Positions 12,620 to 25,901 of a stretch of 64,000 nucleotides of DNA are shown in pieces (the first letter of the stretch is position 1; each line of letters starts with the position of its first letter). The position numbers were made by a program, and so were the translations under genes. The notes under the pieces were generated by a model. It was not told the origin of the DNA. It saw only the letters and a list, made by a program, of their open reading frames with translations, and did not search any database. This stretch comes from Octopus vulgaris. Taxonomy: Eukaryota. The stretch lies in NCBI GenBank assembly GCA_951406725.2, contig OX597817.1, forward strand, positions 148,428,001 to 148,492,000, in the 5' to 3' direction.

Positions 12620-13956
12620 AGAATACCACAGCAAGGGGAAAACTTAACTCAAAATTTATAAGGGGAAATTGCATTAAAATCAGATATTCTAAAAATACGC
12701 CATGAAGTATTTTAGAAAACAGGTCTGTCGCAGCTAAAAACGCACACATAAATCTATTTAGCCATATTTATTGAAGGAATATAAAATCTATTCAACTACA
12801 ATTAGGCATTTTGAAAGGGATATATAGATATTAACATAATCATAATATAATTGATGGTTACTAAGTTTACACAACTGATCCTGCCTTACGGTACTTGTCG
12901 TATGTGAAATATATATGAATTGCGATAAACTTTCACTTACTTAGAACATAGGAATAATGGGAACATCACATAACAGGATGATATCCCATAAATGACACCA
13001 GGATAAATTCATGTTAATAAAATTGTCCGGATTGCTGGGTTCGCATCTATTTCGTAAAAGGAGGGGAAATTGCACTGGAGGCATCAAAAGTGATATCAGC
13101 TGAACAATAAAGCCGAGAAACCAACGAATTATGACAGGAAAAATAATTATTGTTGTAGCCGCATTTGATATCAACTGAGGTTAACTCCAGATATTATATT
13201 ACAAACCTCTTCAGCAACTCCAGCTATAAATTAGACAAATGTTGTATAAGATTCCAATTTTGTCTCTCTCATTGCCGACTGCCTCTCACACACTTGTACA
13301 TATCCCTGTGTGATAATATCCAGTGTGTATTGTGGCCCTGAAGCTATTTCTGTAGGAGGTTTCAGTACCTCGTTCATGTTTGAGACAATTTTAACAAAGC
13401 AGGCTATAGATGAAACAAGGATAAAAGATACGCGAAGAGTTTCTAAACCGACCAATGAATAAGTCGTGAAAACAAATATACAAAAAATATTTGTAGCAAG
13501 CCAAACAGGATGTAATAATTTAAAAAAAAAAAGAGGCGAAAACTTAAACGACAAGCAGAAACAAAATGGCCACTGTCTTGAAAGCAATATAGCAAAAAAA
13601 TCAACTTAATGTAAACAGGATCTGAAAAATGATGAAAAGATAATGAACAATAATCAAAAGCCGACCAATGAAAAATAAAGCAATCAAAGTATTGGCAAAT
13701 TGAACGGACATCAATGGAGAAATTTCAATAATATTACAGCCAGCAAATATGTAGGATAGCAACAGACGATGTAATGAATCGGATCCAAATTATATAAAAG
13801 CCGTTGGAAAACCAAACCAAATAAGTCTACACAGAGAAGAGAGTGGTATCTGCTTTTTCAGCTGATATTTTGAAAATGTAATTGATTCTCCCTCTCTCCT
13901 TCCCTCCCTCCCTTACTCCTCCTCTCTCTGTATATATATATGTATATATATATATA

Positions 13957-14195
13957 GGACTGTTTCGACGAAGTTGCGTCTTGTCCTTAACTTCCGAACG
14001 CGGAGTAGATGAATCAGGGGCAACTGAAGAAGGGGAATATTCTTTATGTAGTATGTCTCGTTTCTCTGTTGTTTTTTTCGTTGTTCGAAAAAAAAAGTTC
14101 GTTTCTATGTTTTTGTTTTTATGTTTTCGTTTCTCATTGTGTTCAAGGCTCTTTTGATGCCCTGCACCCATATATGCAGAATATACATATATATA

Positions 14196-14242
<47 letters not shown>

Positions 14243-14600
14243 ACCTACAGATATATGTAGGTATGTACATATATGTATGTATATATGCATATATTTATAT
14301 ATTATATATATATTTATATATAATATAAATAATATACATATATATATGTATATGCATATATGGGTACAGGATGTCACAAATTGTAAACGACATGAAATAC
14401 GAAAACAAATGAGTTGAATATGCAAACAACGAGAGAAACAAATGGAAAACAGGACATGTAACATAAGAACGGCCCATTATCAGTTGTAGGCTGTCCATCT
14501 ACTCCTCATTTCGAGCATTGAACGACAATATGAGTCTTCGGAAACAGTTGCTCCTACAAAAGCCAAAATAAAATTTGTGATTTATGGAGGTTCAAACAAG
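13957..14600. mobile_element. dispersed repeat with diverged inverted arms around a TA-rich core
   Basis: 13957-14180 and 14357-14560 are diverged reverse complements (ggagtagatg/catctactcc; tgcacccatat/atatgggtaca). Confidence 0.55.
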
Positions 14601-14647
14601 TATACATGTGTGTGTGTGAGCGTGGGGTGGTTGTGTGTGTGTATACA

Positions 14648-14830
14648 TATACGAGGGCTTTTAAGAATCTCGTGAAAGGCTTAGCTGGAAGCCCAAACTT
14701 CCGAGTTCTTTTACAGGGCTTACAAAAACTTAAGGGCCACTGTCATACGTTAGTGAATCTTAGGGGTGAATATAATGAATAAAATCATAATTAAGTGATC
14801 CTCCTAAATTTTCTGCTACCCAAACACAGG
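14648..14830 (+). mobile_element. mariner-derived non-autonomous element, related to 30780-31000
   Basis: tacgaggg start; remnant of a mariner C-terminus (..VNLRGEY..); shares cttccgagttc.tttacagggc with about 30848. Confidence 0.6.
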
Positions 14831-15039
14831 TACACGTAGATATGTAAACATATATGTATATATGTTTATATATGCTCACATACATATACATATATCTACA
14901 TATTTATATACATACATACACACAGACACCCACATAAACGCACACATACATACACACATCCATCCATCTATCCGTCCATCCATCGATACATACATACATA
15001 CATACATACATACATACATACATACATACATACATAGTC

Positions 15040-15202
15040 GTAGGCATGGCTGTGTTGTAAGAAGCTTAATTCCCAACCACATGGTTCCGGGTTGAGTCCC
15101 ATTGCGTGGTACCTGAGGTAAGTGTTTTCGACTATAATCTTGGGCCGACCAAAGCTTTGTGAGTGGGTTTGGTTAGACGGAAACTGAAAGAAGCCCGTTG
15201 CA

Positions 15203-15241
<39 letters not shown>

Positions 15242-15440
15242 ACACATATGCTTGTGTCTATGTATATATATATGTATGCATTTGTCAGTGTGTGTGTCTG
15301 TGTTTGAACCCCTAAACATCACTTGACAAAATACTAGGCTTACAAAAATTAAGTCATAGAGTCGATTTGTTCGATTAAAGGCGTTGCTCCAGCCTAGCCG
15401 CAGTGAAATGACTGAAAGAAATAAAAGAATAAAAGAATAA
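15040..15440 (+). mobile_element. SINE family A
   Basis: ggctgtgttgtaagaagc..ccacatggttccggg..gacggaaactgaaagaagcc..gactgaaagaaataaaag. Confidence 0.85.
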
Positions 15441-16269
15441 AAGAAAGTCATACATACACACATACATATATACATACATATATACATACATAAATACATA
15501 TATAATACTTACATACATACATACATACATGCATACATACATACATACATACATACATACATACATACCTACCTACATACATACATACATAATGGTATAT
15601 CAATGACCCATTTTTACTTGTGCAACAGCCGTTCTTGTTTTGTTTCCTTGAAATATTTCCTTATATTTATTTGTTCTCACTACAATCTGTTTACTCATGT
15701 ATCTAATTTTCTTCGTTTAGACATTTATCGATATATATGTATTCTGTATTTGTATTCATTCATTTAACAAATATACTTATAGATTCAGTTATGAAAACAT
15801 TTGCGTTTATTTGATGTTTAAAAGGGTAGAAATATTAGGCAAACAGCAGAAATAGCACCGAAAGGAAAAACAAAAAAATCATAAAATAAAGCTAAGAAAT
15901 GTAAGTACATTCTGTTTTCTACAAGAATTAGTTGAACAAAGTAGTATGAGAATTATATTAACGCAACTTTGTTATTCATTCAATATTTTTTTTATTTGTC
16001 ATTGTTCATTTATAAATATTAACTAAAGAATTTTTATTTCGCCCACCGATTATTTACATCTTGCCGATGAGATACATATACATACAGACATATGAAACAA
16101 CTCATGCACACACATACACACACACACACATACACACACACACATATATATATATATATACACACACATGTGTGTATATATATATGTGTGTGTGTGTATG
16201 TATATAAATGTTAATGTTTTATTGGCTTCAGCCAGAGTTTGAGGCCATGCTGTGGCACTGCCTTTCAGT

Positions 16270-16938
16270 AAGGTTGCGTTTCCTTTCTGTATTGTTTCTG
16301 GTGAAGTAACTTGTTGGACGGTTTGGTTTTACAAGGAGCTTTGTCGGTTTCTCGCTCAACTGCGCCCCACACATAATAGCCAAGTGTTGGGGGTCAGTCT
16401 GTGGAGTTAGGTGGCCAGATGATAGGAGTGGTGTGGTCGCAGAAATTGATTGACAGCTATGACAGTGTTCTCCTACTTGTGGGACATGATGCAGAGTTCT
16501 GATGCCAGATATAAGGCCTTCCAGCAGCCACCCTCTTCACCTAGGGCAACACTACCTCCTCCAGGTACTTGATGTAGGTCTCCATGTTGTGTCTGAAGCC
16601 GTGTTAGAAGATGAATGGTGGCATAACGTCGCCATCAATACTGGTCACTCCAAACACAATGATTTTGATTGGTTGTTTGCTTTTAATCACAACGGTTGTT
16701 CTGTGTGTTCACCATCTCTTCGTATTGGAGCGTCCGGCACGAATGCCAAGCAGTACACCATGTCGTCTCCAAATTTCTGGCGGAGTGAATTGCGTCATAG
16801 TGCTGTTTTTCTGTTGTTGACGGTGCCCAACTAACCCTGCTATACTGTATAGTCGACCAAATCAAAAACAAACAATGCGCATGAAGACTATTAAAAATAT
16901 AAAATGGCGGCAAGTTATCCATCGCAGCCACTGTATAT
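16270..16938 (-). mobile_element. internally deleted DD37D/maT-like Tc1/mariner transposon remnant
   Basis: Minus strand MTQFTPPEIWRRHGVLLGIRAGRSN fused to IVFGVTSIDGDVMPPFIF..YIKYLEEVVLP*VKRVAAGRPYIWHQNSA..IWPPNS..GYYVWGAVERET, with several stops. Confidence 0.8.
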
Positions 16939-17964
16939 ACGCGCACAAATAAGCGTGTGCATATTTGTGTATGTATATATCGATGTGTATACTTTTGTGT
17001 ATACATGTCTACGTATGGGTCTGTGTCAATCTCTTGACGATGTTCTCTGTACTATTTCAACTCTGTGTGATCATTCTGAGCCGCTTTAGCACGTAGATTA
17101 ATTGCCAGCTCATAGGAAACAAAAATTAAAACGTTACATGATTAAAACCACAAACGTGTTTGGATAATTAACACTGCCACATTGAGTGCCTATAATATTG
17201 AATAAGAGTTATCTGAACATCTACTAAATTACACTTAAATTAAAATCATTATCCTGCGTAATAAATTTGTACATCATAGCATTTACAATTAATAACTACT
17301 TCAATCGATAAGCACCGAAATGGAATATCTGAGATATTGATTCGTTAACTGCTGTATAGATATAGAACAGTTTCGGAATATATATATCAGTCATTGAATA
17401 TGAAATTGTTGAAAGATTGTTCTCTCAAACAGTTTATTACTTGATACTCCAACGCACATAAAATTAGCAACACATTAAACTTCAAACATATCACTAATCA
17501 CAGAGACCGCAACCAATACGATATCCACTATGACGGCTGTATCTGTCATTTGCCCTATCAAATATTTCCTGACAACTAGAAGGAATCAACTTTATGCCCT
17601 CGTTTTGGTTATGGAAAAGAAAATTCCAGAGTTGGTTTTAGAATAGTATTCATTTGTCCCACGCAAAACTGTTTACAGAAACACATCCTAAAAACTAAGA
17701 CAGATACTCTTTGCTCTCTGTACTATCTCTATAGTAACTATGCATATGCCCGATATGGGATAGAGCAAATATTGATTACAGGTAATGTATTATATATAAA
17801 TATATCACTAGCCACTACACTTTATTTTCTCTCCTTTTTTCTTATCTGTGTTCCTTTCTGTGGAACGTTAAGAAATTTTTCACTTCCCGAGCGTTATACT
17901 AACACATCTGTCTTCTTCGTCCTTTTTTTTTTGTGAATTCTCCCTATATATATGTATAAATATA

Positions 17965-18215
17965 TACGATACAAGGATGTTTGCAAAAGGGACATGAAGG
18001 CCTGCACCATCAATATTAGCAACTGTTGGATTGGCAACGCATCGTAAAATAGGGAACACAAATGAGTGACAGAGAGAGAGAGAGAGAGGAGAAATGGAAA
18101 GACAAGAAATGACATCAACAAGAAACTATGACATTACAACTAACCAGGCAAAGTCTTCGCTACATTTGCGGCACCTGCCAGAAGGAGTGTTTGTCCAGGA
18201 TATGACTACACAGCA
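17965..18215 (+). mobile_element. RTE-clade LINE 3' remnant
   Basis: YKDVCKRDMKA and YICGTCQKECLSRI.LHS motifs, homologous to 32470-32735. Confidence 0.6.
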
Positions 18216-18299
18216 GGAGATGTATTAGGACATGAAATGTAAAAGCCGGACTAGATTATTTTAAGCGCAACCCCACTCTCTCCATAGACAAAAAGGATG

Positions 18300-18331
<32 letters not shown>

Positions 18332-18709
18332 ATATATATATATATTCGTGTTCAATATAGACACCGCATATTTAGAACAGAGGAAATACGTGCTTTTGAC
18401 GATGTGCATAAGGAATCCATAGTTCGACCGATGATACAAATTTCTGGTTGCAGTCCAAATTATCTTTGCTAAATGGAATTATCAAATTTTAAACATTTTA
18501 GCACGCTTTATCTCGATCAAGCCACAAAACTTAGGAGTTAGATGAGATGATAGCAATTCCTGTCCATGGAAAAATGTTGAACGATCCAAGCCACAGAGCG
18601 AAAACTTTAAAACTATCCTCATAAGGTGCATGATGTTGTCGATATTCTTAATCAAGCTTATACACATACACAGAAACATACATGCACACACACATTCTTT
18701 TATACTGTC

Positions 18710-18965
18710 ATTCTTTTACTTGTTTCAGTCAGTTGACAGTGGTCATGCAGGAGCACCGCCTTTTGTCGAATAAATCGACCCCATGACTTATTATTTCTAA
18801 GCATAGTACTTATTCTATCGGGGTCTTTCGCCAAATCGCTATGTTACGGGGACGTAAACACACCGCCATCAGTGGTCAAGCGACGCTGGGTGGGTGTGCA
18901 AACAAACACACAAATACACACATACATATCCACTCACACACGCACATACACACACAGACATATAT

Positions 18966-18998
<33 letters not shown>

Positions 18999-19160
18999 GA
19001 ACGAGGTTCTTTGAATTTCCCTCTACCAAATCCACTGATGAGGCTTTGGTCAGCCCGAGCCTATAGTAGAAACACTTGGCCAAGGTGCCACGCAGTGGGA
19101 CTGATCCCGGAATTGTGTGGTTGATAAGAAAGCTACTTACCACAACAGCCACTCCTGCGC
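18710..19160 (-). mobile_element. SINE family A
   Basis: Full head-to-tail match to the other copies. Confidence 0.9.
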
Positions 19161-19177
19161 ACATATATATGTGTTTG

Positions 19178-19410
19178 TAAGGCGGCTAGCTAGCAGAAAT
19201 GTTTGCACACCGGGCGAAATGCGTTGCCGTATTTCGTCTGCCGTTACGTTCTGGGTTCAAATTTCGCCGAGGTCGATTTTACCTTTCATCATTTTCGCGG
19301 TCGATAGATAAAGTACCAGTTACGCACTGGGGTCGATGTAATCGACTTAATCCGTTTGTCTGTCCTTGTTTCTCTCTTCTGTGTTTAGCCTCTTGTGGGC
19401 AGTAAGGAAA
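19178..19410 (+). mobile_element. SINE family B (Nin/Deu/Ceph-like central domain)
   Basis: aaggcggc..gcagaaa..gttcaaatt..gaggtcga..cctttcatc..gtcga..aagtaccagttacgcactggggtcgat. Confidence 0.85.
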
Positions 19411-19463
19411 TATATATGTGTGTTTGTGCGTGTATACCTACATACACACAAATATATATATAT

Positions 19464-19496
<33 letters not shown>

Positions 19497-20324
19497 AATA
19501 TATATATATATAGATCAATAAATGGTGGGGTTGTGTTGACCGCACGTGGAGAAATGATAAGTAAGGAAAAATTTTTTTAAAAATGCAGAATGCTCAAATG
19601 AAAGAAAATTTTAATAAAATGATAAAATGATAAAATATATAAATATATATTTGTTCAACCGGTTTTCGTCATTGTATGACTTGTCAAGAATATTTATGTT
19701 TTAAGAAGTTTTTTTAAAAATTAGAAAGGGGAAAAAAAGAAAATTGCATTGTTTTTTGTAAAAGAATAATGATAAAAATGTACAAAAATTGAAAAATAAG
19801 TTCTCCGATACATTGTGAGTTCGTTGTGTATCTTGAGTTTTATGGTTGTTTACCAAAAAATTACCTTGAGGTGTTAAGATCCAAAGGGATTAAGAGCATG
19901 TGATGTGTTGTGTTGTTAAATTCAGCATGTTGCAGGACAGGAAGTAGTAGTAATTGTGGTCCTGGTTCTTCAGTTCCTGTGTTGTGAGTAAGGGGAGACA
20001 ACTCTTTTGAGTTCTTCAATAAAACCCAAATTATAAAACTATCATTTTAGCTTCATTTGCATTATCTTTTTTATATAATTGCTTGTTAACTTAACTTTCA
20101 GATTTTAACACTTTATTTATATTATTTTCTAATAATATAAATCTGCATAGACAATTGCATTTCAAATTGTCATATCATTTATAATAAAAATGATAGTAAT
20201 AACAACAATAGTAAAAATGATATTTAAAGAATATAAGTTTTGGCTTGAAGTGATGAATGCATGGTATCTTTATATATTTGTGTTAGTCCATCCATGAAGA
20301 GTGAGGTAGAGAAAGGAAGTTTGA

Positions 20325-21390
20325 TCAACGAGGAGTTTGCATATTAAGTTGTGTTTGGAATTTTTCAATAAAGAGATTCTCCTTGTTAATTCTCTCCTGT
20401 GTGGTGATCCCGTCTTTACATTGGTAGAAGGGGAATATATAGAATTTGGGGTTTAAGTCTTTAGCACATGAGTCTAAGTGGTCACTCAGTGGAATTTGTC
20501 GGTATTCCGGGAGATTTATTTGTTCTTTATGCACCGTTACTCGTTTACGTAACGGGAGACTCGTTTGTCCAACATAATTATGTTGGCAACCAGCGCATGT
20601 GAGAACGTAGATAAGGTTCTCGGAGGAACAGGAGAAGTTAGTCTTGATTTTAAACTTCGTACCTTGTTTGAAGGTAAATTCAGAGCCTTCAAGTAGAAAG
20701 GGGCAGGTACCACAGTTTGAGCGTGCACATTTTTTTACTGTTGGGGGTGGATGTGGTGTGTGAAGTTTGGCATTTGTCAAGAGTTTTTTTAAAGATTTGT
20801 GTTGCCTTTTGCATTTGAGGATTTTGTGTGTATTTATAATGTTTTTCATTTTTGGGTCTGTTGACAGTAGACTGAGGTTTTGTATGATTGTGGTGTATGC
20901 TTCGATATTTTTGGGGTTGTGGGTGGAAATGTATGGAAGTATTTTGAGGTTGTGTGTGGTGTTAGGTTGGGTGGTTTTCAGTGTAGTGTTGTCTAGTTCT
21001 TTGGCGCGTTTTATTCCATACTCTATAAGGGTGGAGGGATATTGACGTTGTAATAGTGTTTTTTTGAGGTCTTGAAGGCGTATTTCTCGTGTTTTTGGAT
21101 CCGAGACAATGGTGCATACCCTTTTAGCTAAATTGAAAGGGATATTTGTCTTGGTGTGTTTTGGGTGGCATGAACTAAAGAGGAGGTATTGTTGTGAGTC
21201 TGTAGGTTTGTGGTAGATGTCTGTTATGATTTGGTTCTTAGGTGTTTTTATAATTAGGAGATCAAGGAATGGGAGATGATGTTTGCTTAATTCCATAGTG
21301 AATTGGATGTTGGGATGTATGTTGTTTAGTATGGTTTTGAATTCCAGGAGTTTTTCATAAGGTTCTTTCCATATGATGAAACAATCATCT
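20325..21390 (-). CDS. 5'-truncated Penelope-like RT (C-terminal core and thumb) plus GIY-YIG endonuclease
   Basis: Open frame from LDDCFIIW..HPNIQFTME..LPFLD..TDIYHKPTDSQQYLLFSSCHP; CX4CX2C linker (Neptune-like); NLIYVLTC..C..NYVGQT..R..H..E. Confidence 0.9.
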
Positions 21391-21422
21391 AAAAAGAAAC
21401 TTATGAAAAACTCCTGAAAAAC

Positions 21423-22236
21423 TTCAATTTAGCTAAAAGGGTATGCACCATTGTCTCGGATCCAAAAACACGAGAAATACGCCTTCAAGACCTCAAAAAA
21501 AACACTATTACAACGTCAATATCCCTCCACCCTTATAGAGTATGGAATAAAACGCGCCAAAGAACTAGACAACACTACACTGAAAACTACCCAACCTAAC
21601 ACCACACACAACCTCAAAATACTTCCATACATTTCCACCCACAACCCCAAAAATATCGAAGCATACACCACAATCATACAAAACCTCAGTCTACTGTCAA
21701 CAGACCCAAAAATGAAAAACATTATAAATACACACAAAATCCTCAAATGCAAAAGGCAACACAAATCTTTAAAAAAACTCTTGACAAATGCCAAACTTCA
21801 CACACCACATCCACCCCCAACAGTAAAAAAATGTGCACGCTCAAACTGTGGTACCTGCCCCTTTCTACTTGAAGGCTCTGAATTTACCTTCAAACAAGGT
21901 ACGAAGTTTAAAATCAAGACTAACTTCTCCTGTTCCTCCGAGAACCTTATCTACGTTCTCACATGCGCTGGTTGCCAACATAATTATGTTGGACAAACGA
22001 GTCTCCCGTTACGTAAACGAGTAACGGTGCATAAAGAACAAATAAATCTCCCGGAATACCGACAAATTCCACTGAGTGACCACTTAGACTCATGTGCTAA
22101 AGACTTAAACCCCAAATTCTATATATTCCCCTTCTACCAATGTAAAGACGGGATCACCACACAGGAGAGAATTAACAAGGAGAATCTCTTTATTGAAAAA
22201 TTCCAAACACAACTTAATATGCAAACTCCTCGTTGA
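21423..22236 (+). pseudogene. second, shorter Penelope ORF copy with a +1 A frameshift
   Basis: Identical protein from KKTLLQRQ onward; A8 at 21495-21502 against A7 in the left arm. Confidence 0.85.
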
Positions 22237-22871
22237 TCAAACTTCCTTTCTCTACCTCACTCTTCATGGATGGACTAACACAAATATATAAAGATACCAT
22301 GCATTCATCACTTCAAGCCAAAACTTATATTCTTTAAATATCATTTTTACTATTGTTGTTATTACTATCATTTTTATTATAAATGATATGACAATTTGAA
22401 ATGCAATTGTCTATGCAGATTTATATTATTAGAAAATAATATAAATAAAGTGTTAAAATCTGAAAGTTAAGTTAACAAGCAATTATATAAAAAAGATAAT
22501 GCAAATGAAGCTAAAATGATAGTTTTATAATTTGGGTTTTATTGAAGAACTCAAAAGAGTTGTCTCCCCTTACTCACAACACAGGAACTGAAGAACCAGG
22601 ACCACAATTACTACTACTTCCTGTCCTGCAACATGCTGAATTTAACAACACAACACATCACATGCTCTTAATCCCTTTGGATCTTAACACCTCAAGGTAA
22701 TTTTTTGGTAATACAACCATAAAACTCAAGATACACAACGAACTCACAATGTATCGGAGAACTTATTTTTCAATTTTTGTACATTTTTATCATTATTCTT
22801 TTACAAAAAACAATGCAATTTTCTTTTTTTCCCCTTTCTAATTTTTAAAAAAACTTCTTAAAACATAAATA

Positions 22872-22908
22872 TTCTTGACAAGTCATACAATGACGAAAAC
22901 CGGTTGAA
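22872..22908 (+). ncRNA. variant minimal hammerhead motif in the Penelope 3' region (mirror copy 19654-19690, minus strand)
   Basis: TTC-TTGACAA-GTCA tacaa TGAC-GAAA-ACCGGT-T-GAA. Confidence 0.45.
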
Positions 22909-23000
22909 CAAATATATATTTATATATTTTATCATTTTATCATTTTATTAAAATTTTCTTTCATTTGAGCATTCTGCATTTTTAAAAAAATTTTTCCTTA

Positions 23001-23057
<57 letters not shown>

Positions 23058-23319
23058 TAACACACACACACATACAATATTAATATTTAACAGAAGTAAG
23101 AGAGTGACGCAAAGTCTGGAAATTTCCTGCGATGACAATCTTCAATCTAGTTACAAAGTAGTTGGATAAGTGTCAACGCACGGGACTATTGGAATTTGAG
23201 TCACTCTGTTGCTTCTGCTAAATCTAAAAAAAAACCGAAAACATTCATATTTTGAGTTCTATTTTTCCTGTCTGCATAACCATACCTATACACATTTACA
23301 GATATGCCTGTATATCAAC

Positions 23320-23462
23320 CAACCAACCTACCTTCCTACCTACCTACCTACCTACCTACCTACCTACCTACCTACCAACATACCTGCTAGCCTGCCTGCC
23401 TACCTACCTACCTACCTAAATACCTACCTACATACCTAAATACCTATCTACCTACCTACATA
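23320..23462. repeat. (CTAC)n microsatellite
   Basis: Seen directly. Confidence 0.9.
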
Positions 23463-23769
23463 CATTCATACAAACATACATGCACACATATATACATACA
23501 TATATACATACATATGGGGTACTAAAATATGTAACACACTGGATAAATACCAATTATTGGAAATCAGGCTTTTCAAAACCAGAAAAAAAAAGTTCATTCG
23601 AAGACTGCAGATCTAAACTATCAGCAATCTTTATAACTTTCCGGAAGTTTATCATTTAAATATATATGAGCATGTCTAGATATGCAAGTATATGCATGAA
23701 AATATGCATCCATAAAACAAAACATACAAATCTGCATACATATATAAATACATACATACATACATTGAT

Positions 23770-24110
23770 GCTGTGAAAAGCGGGAAGACTATAGACCAGA
23801 CAGGAAACATCTCTATCAATGATTTGACTGTTTCGCTTGTATCTGACGAAGAATGTTACAGGTATCTGGGGGTGGATGAAAATATGTCTTCCAATGACAC
23901 CTGTAACAAAACACATGTCACTAAAGAAAATTACAGCCGAATAAAGGAAATTTGGACCTCAGAACTCTCTGTATTCAATAAAACAGTGGCCCATAATGTG
24001 TTCGCAGTGCCAGTATTCATACCAACATTTGGGATGCCCGATTGAACACTTGATGAGATCCGAGCCATTGATGTGAAAACCCAAAAAATACTAATCAGCA
24101 CACAGAGGCA
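23770..24110 (+). pseudogene. R4/Dong-type LINE RT remnant
   Basis: ECYRYLGVDEN..YSRIKEIWTSELSVFNKTVAHNVFAVPVFIPTFG aligns with SYKYLGV..RVRAILKTELNARNRIEAINALAIPVVTYSF of the 50-54 kb element. Confidence 0.75.
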
Positions 24111-24354
24111 TAACATCGATCCAAAATGCCTTTCAATGTCGCGTCATGTCTCTTCGGCAACATCTTTTAACCACCGAGTGTAGAAGTGCATCCCTTGACC
24201 AAGTTTGCTTTCATGAGGTTGATAACATCAAAAATCTTGGAAGGCAGCTCCTTGAGCAGCCACCTTTGAAGAAGCATAAACGATTATGCTAAGATTAAGA
24301 CACTTAAAAATTAAATTTGTGACTCATCGACACAAGTCAATCGCTTCTTACAAT

Positions 24355-24540
24355 ATTGGTTTCAAGTTTTAGCACAAGGTCAGCAATTTCTGGGGAAAGA
24401 GTACGTCGATTACATCGACCTCAGTGCTCAACTGGTACATATTTTATCGAGCACGAGATGAAGGAAGGCAGAGTTGGCCTCCACGGAATTTGAACTCAGA
24501 CTGTAAAAGCGAATTAAATGCAACTCGCCGCCTTAGCCAC
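24355..24540 (-). mobile_element. SINE family B, diverged
   Basis: gtcgattacatcgacctcagtgctcaactggtac..ggaatttgaactcag..ctcgccgcctt. Confidence 0.7.
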
Positions 24541-25039
24541 TTCCAATTTTGATGGAACTGTGAAGATCAAAAATAACTCTGAATATATAATGACTTTTCT
24601 ACAAACAGAGAAGTGATGATTTACCTTCTAGTCACAACTTCCAAATTCTAGTCTGTTAGATTCCCATGCAGAAAACCTTCGAAAAGTAAACACGAAAAAC
24701 TATGAACATGTCGAACAAGACCTTGTTTTATGAATACGCATATATTTTCAAAGCAGCGTACAGCTTATTAATATTAATTATCAGCTACAGGCACTGTAGC
24801 CAAACGGAAAATGCAAATAGATGCATTTAAGATATAAATAGCAACACTTTCCCTGCCCATATTTGAGATGGGTTGCATTCTTCTAAAACAATATGTAAAT
24901 AAATAAGAACGCATTTCCAAATAGAAGCCAATAATCCGTTTATAAATAACCGGAATTTGCTGTTGCTTTTATCTCTCGGTCTTTTGTTTCCTTTCTGTTA
25001 ATTTGCACATACATACTTACATAGATCGTGGCGCTCAAT

Positions 25040-25360
25040 CGGTTACGACGAAGAGGGTTCCAGTTGATCCGATCAACGGAACAGCCTGTTCGTAAAATTA
25101 ACGTGCAAGAGGCTGAGCACTCCACAGTCACGTGTTCGCTTAAGTTAATTCTCGTGGAGATTCAGCGTGACACAGAGTGTGACAAGGCTGGCCCCTTTAA
25201 AATTCAGGTACAACAGAAACAAGAATGAAAGTGTACAGCAGTGTTTGCTACCAACCTCTGCTGGAGCCTCGTGGAGCTTTAGGTATTTTCACTCAATAAA
25301 CACTCACAACGTCCGGTCTGAGAATCGAATATGCGATCCTATGACCGCGATTCCGCTGTG
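25040..25360 (-). mobile_element. SINE family C (tRNA-derived)
   Basis: gtgacaaggctggccc is the reverse complement of gggccagccttgtcac at about 32110. Confidence 0.65.
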
Positions 25361-25901
25361 CTTCATGGCGGAATTAAAAGTCAAGGCTATTTAAGCATTT
25401 GAGCTGATCAAATTCATCCTATGGTTGCGGAACTCTTTCTTCAAAGGCGCTAACACAACAAACTTTGTCATTTGATAACACGTGCTTCTTGTTGTTGTTG
25501 TTGATGCTGATGTTAAAGTGTGGTTTTTAAAAAAGAAACCCTCGCCTCCAACTGACATTACATCAGAGTAATCAGTGAAATCGGTTTAGTCTGGGACTAA
25601 ATCACTTCGAAGCCGTCTTCTGTTAGAGAACAAACAAATATAAAACTTCATTAATTTTGCCACGTTGATCAGACGTGTTACCAAGGCATGTGTATGTATA
25701 TATGCGTGTACCTAAGTAACATAAATGTACTTTGATTTTACCCATGTAAAAAAAAAATTCTCCAAGTACAATATCACTAAACACAAAATTCTATAACATT
25801 TTTTCTAACATGACGATTTAAATATGCTCTTTAACCATATAATACAAGTCTTCTGTAGTTTTTCATTCTATTTTGCCCTTTATATATATATATATATATA
25901 T

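Larger units (their letters stand above)
19557..23005. mobile_element. Penelope-like retroelement as a divergent inverted duplication (arms 19557-21137 and 21423-23005)
   Basis: The arms are near-identical reverse complements and both encode the same GIY-YIG protein; flanked by (TA)n on the right. Confidence 0.92.

Noticed and set aside
13231-13587. 118 aa minus-strand ORF as a host exon
   Set aside because: Non-ATG start, no recognisable domain and no splice support.
20537-22024. Small overlapping ORFs in the Penelope arms, and antisense ORFs within the Dong LINE
   Set aside because: Alternative-frame or antisense shadows of the retroelement ORFs.
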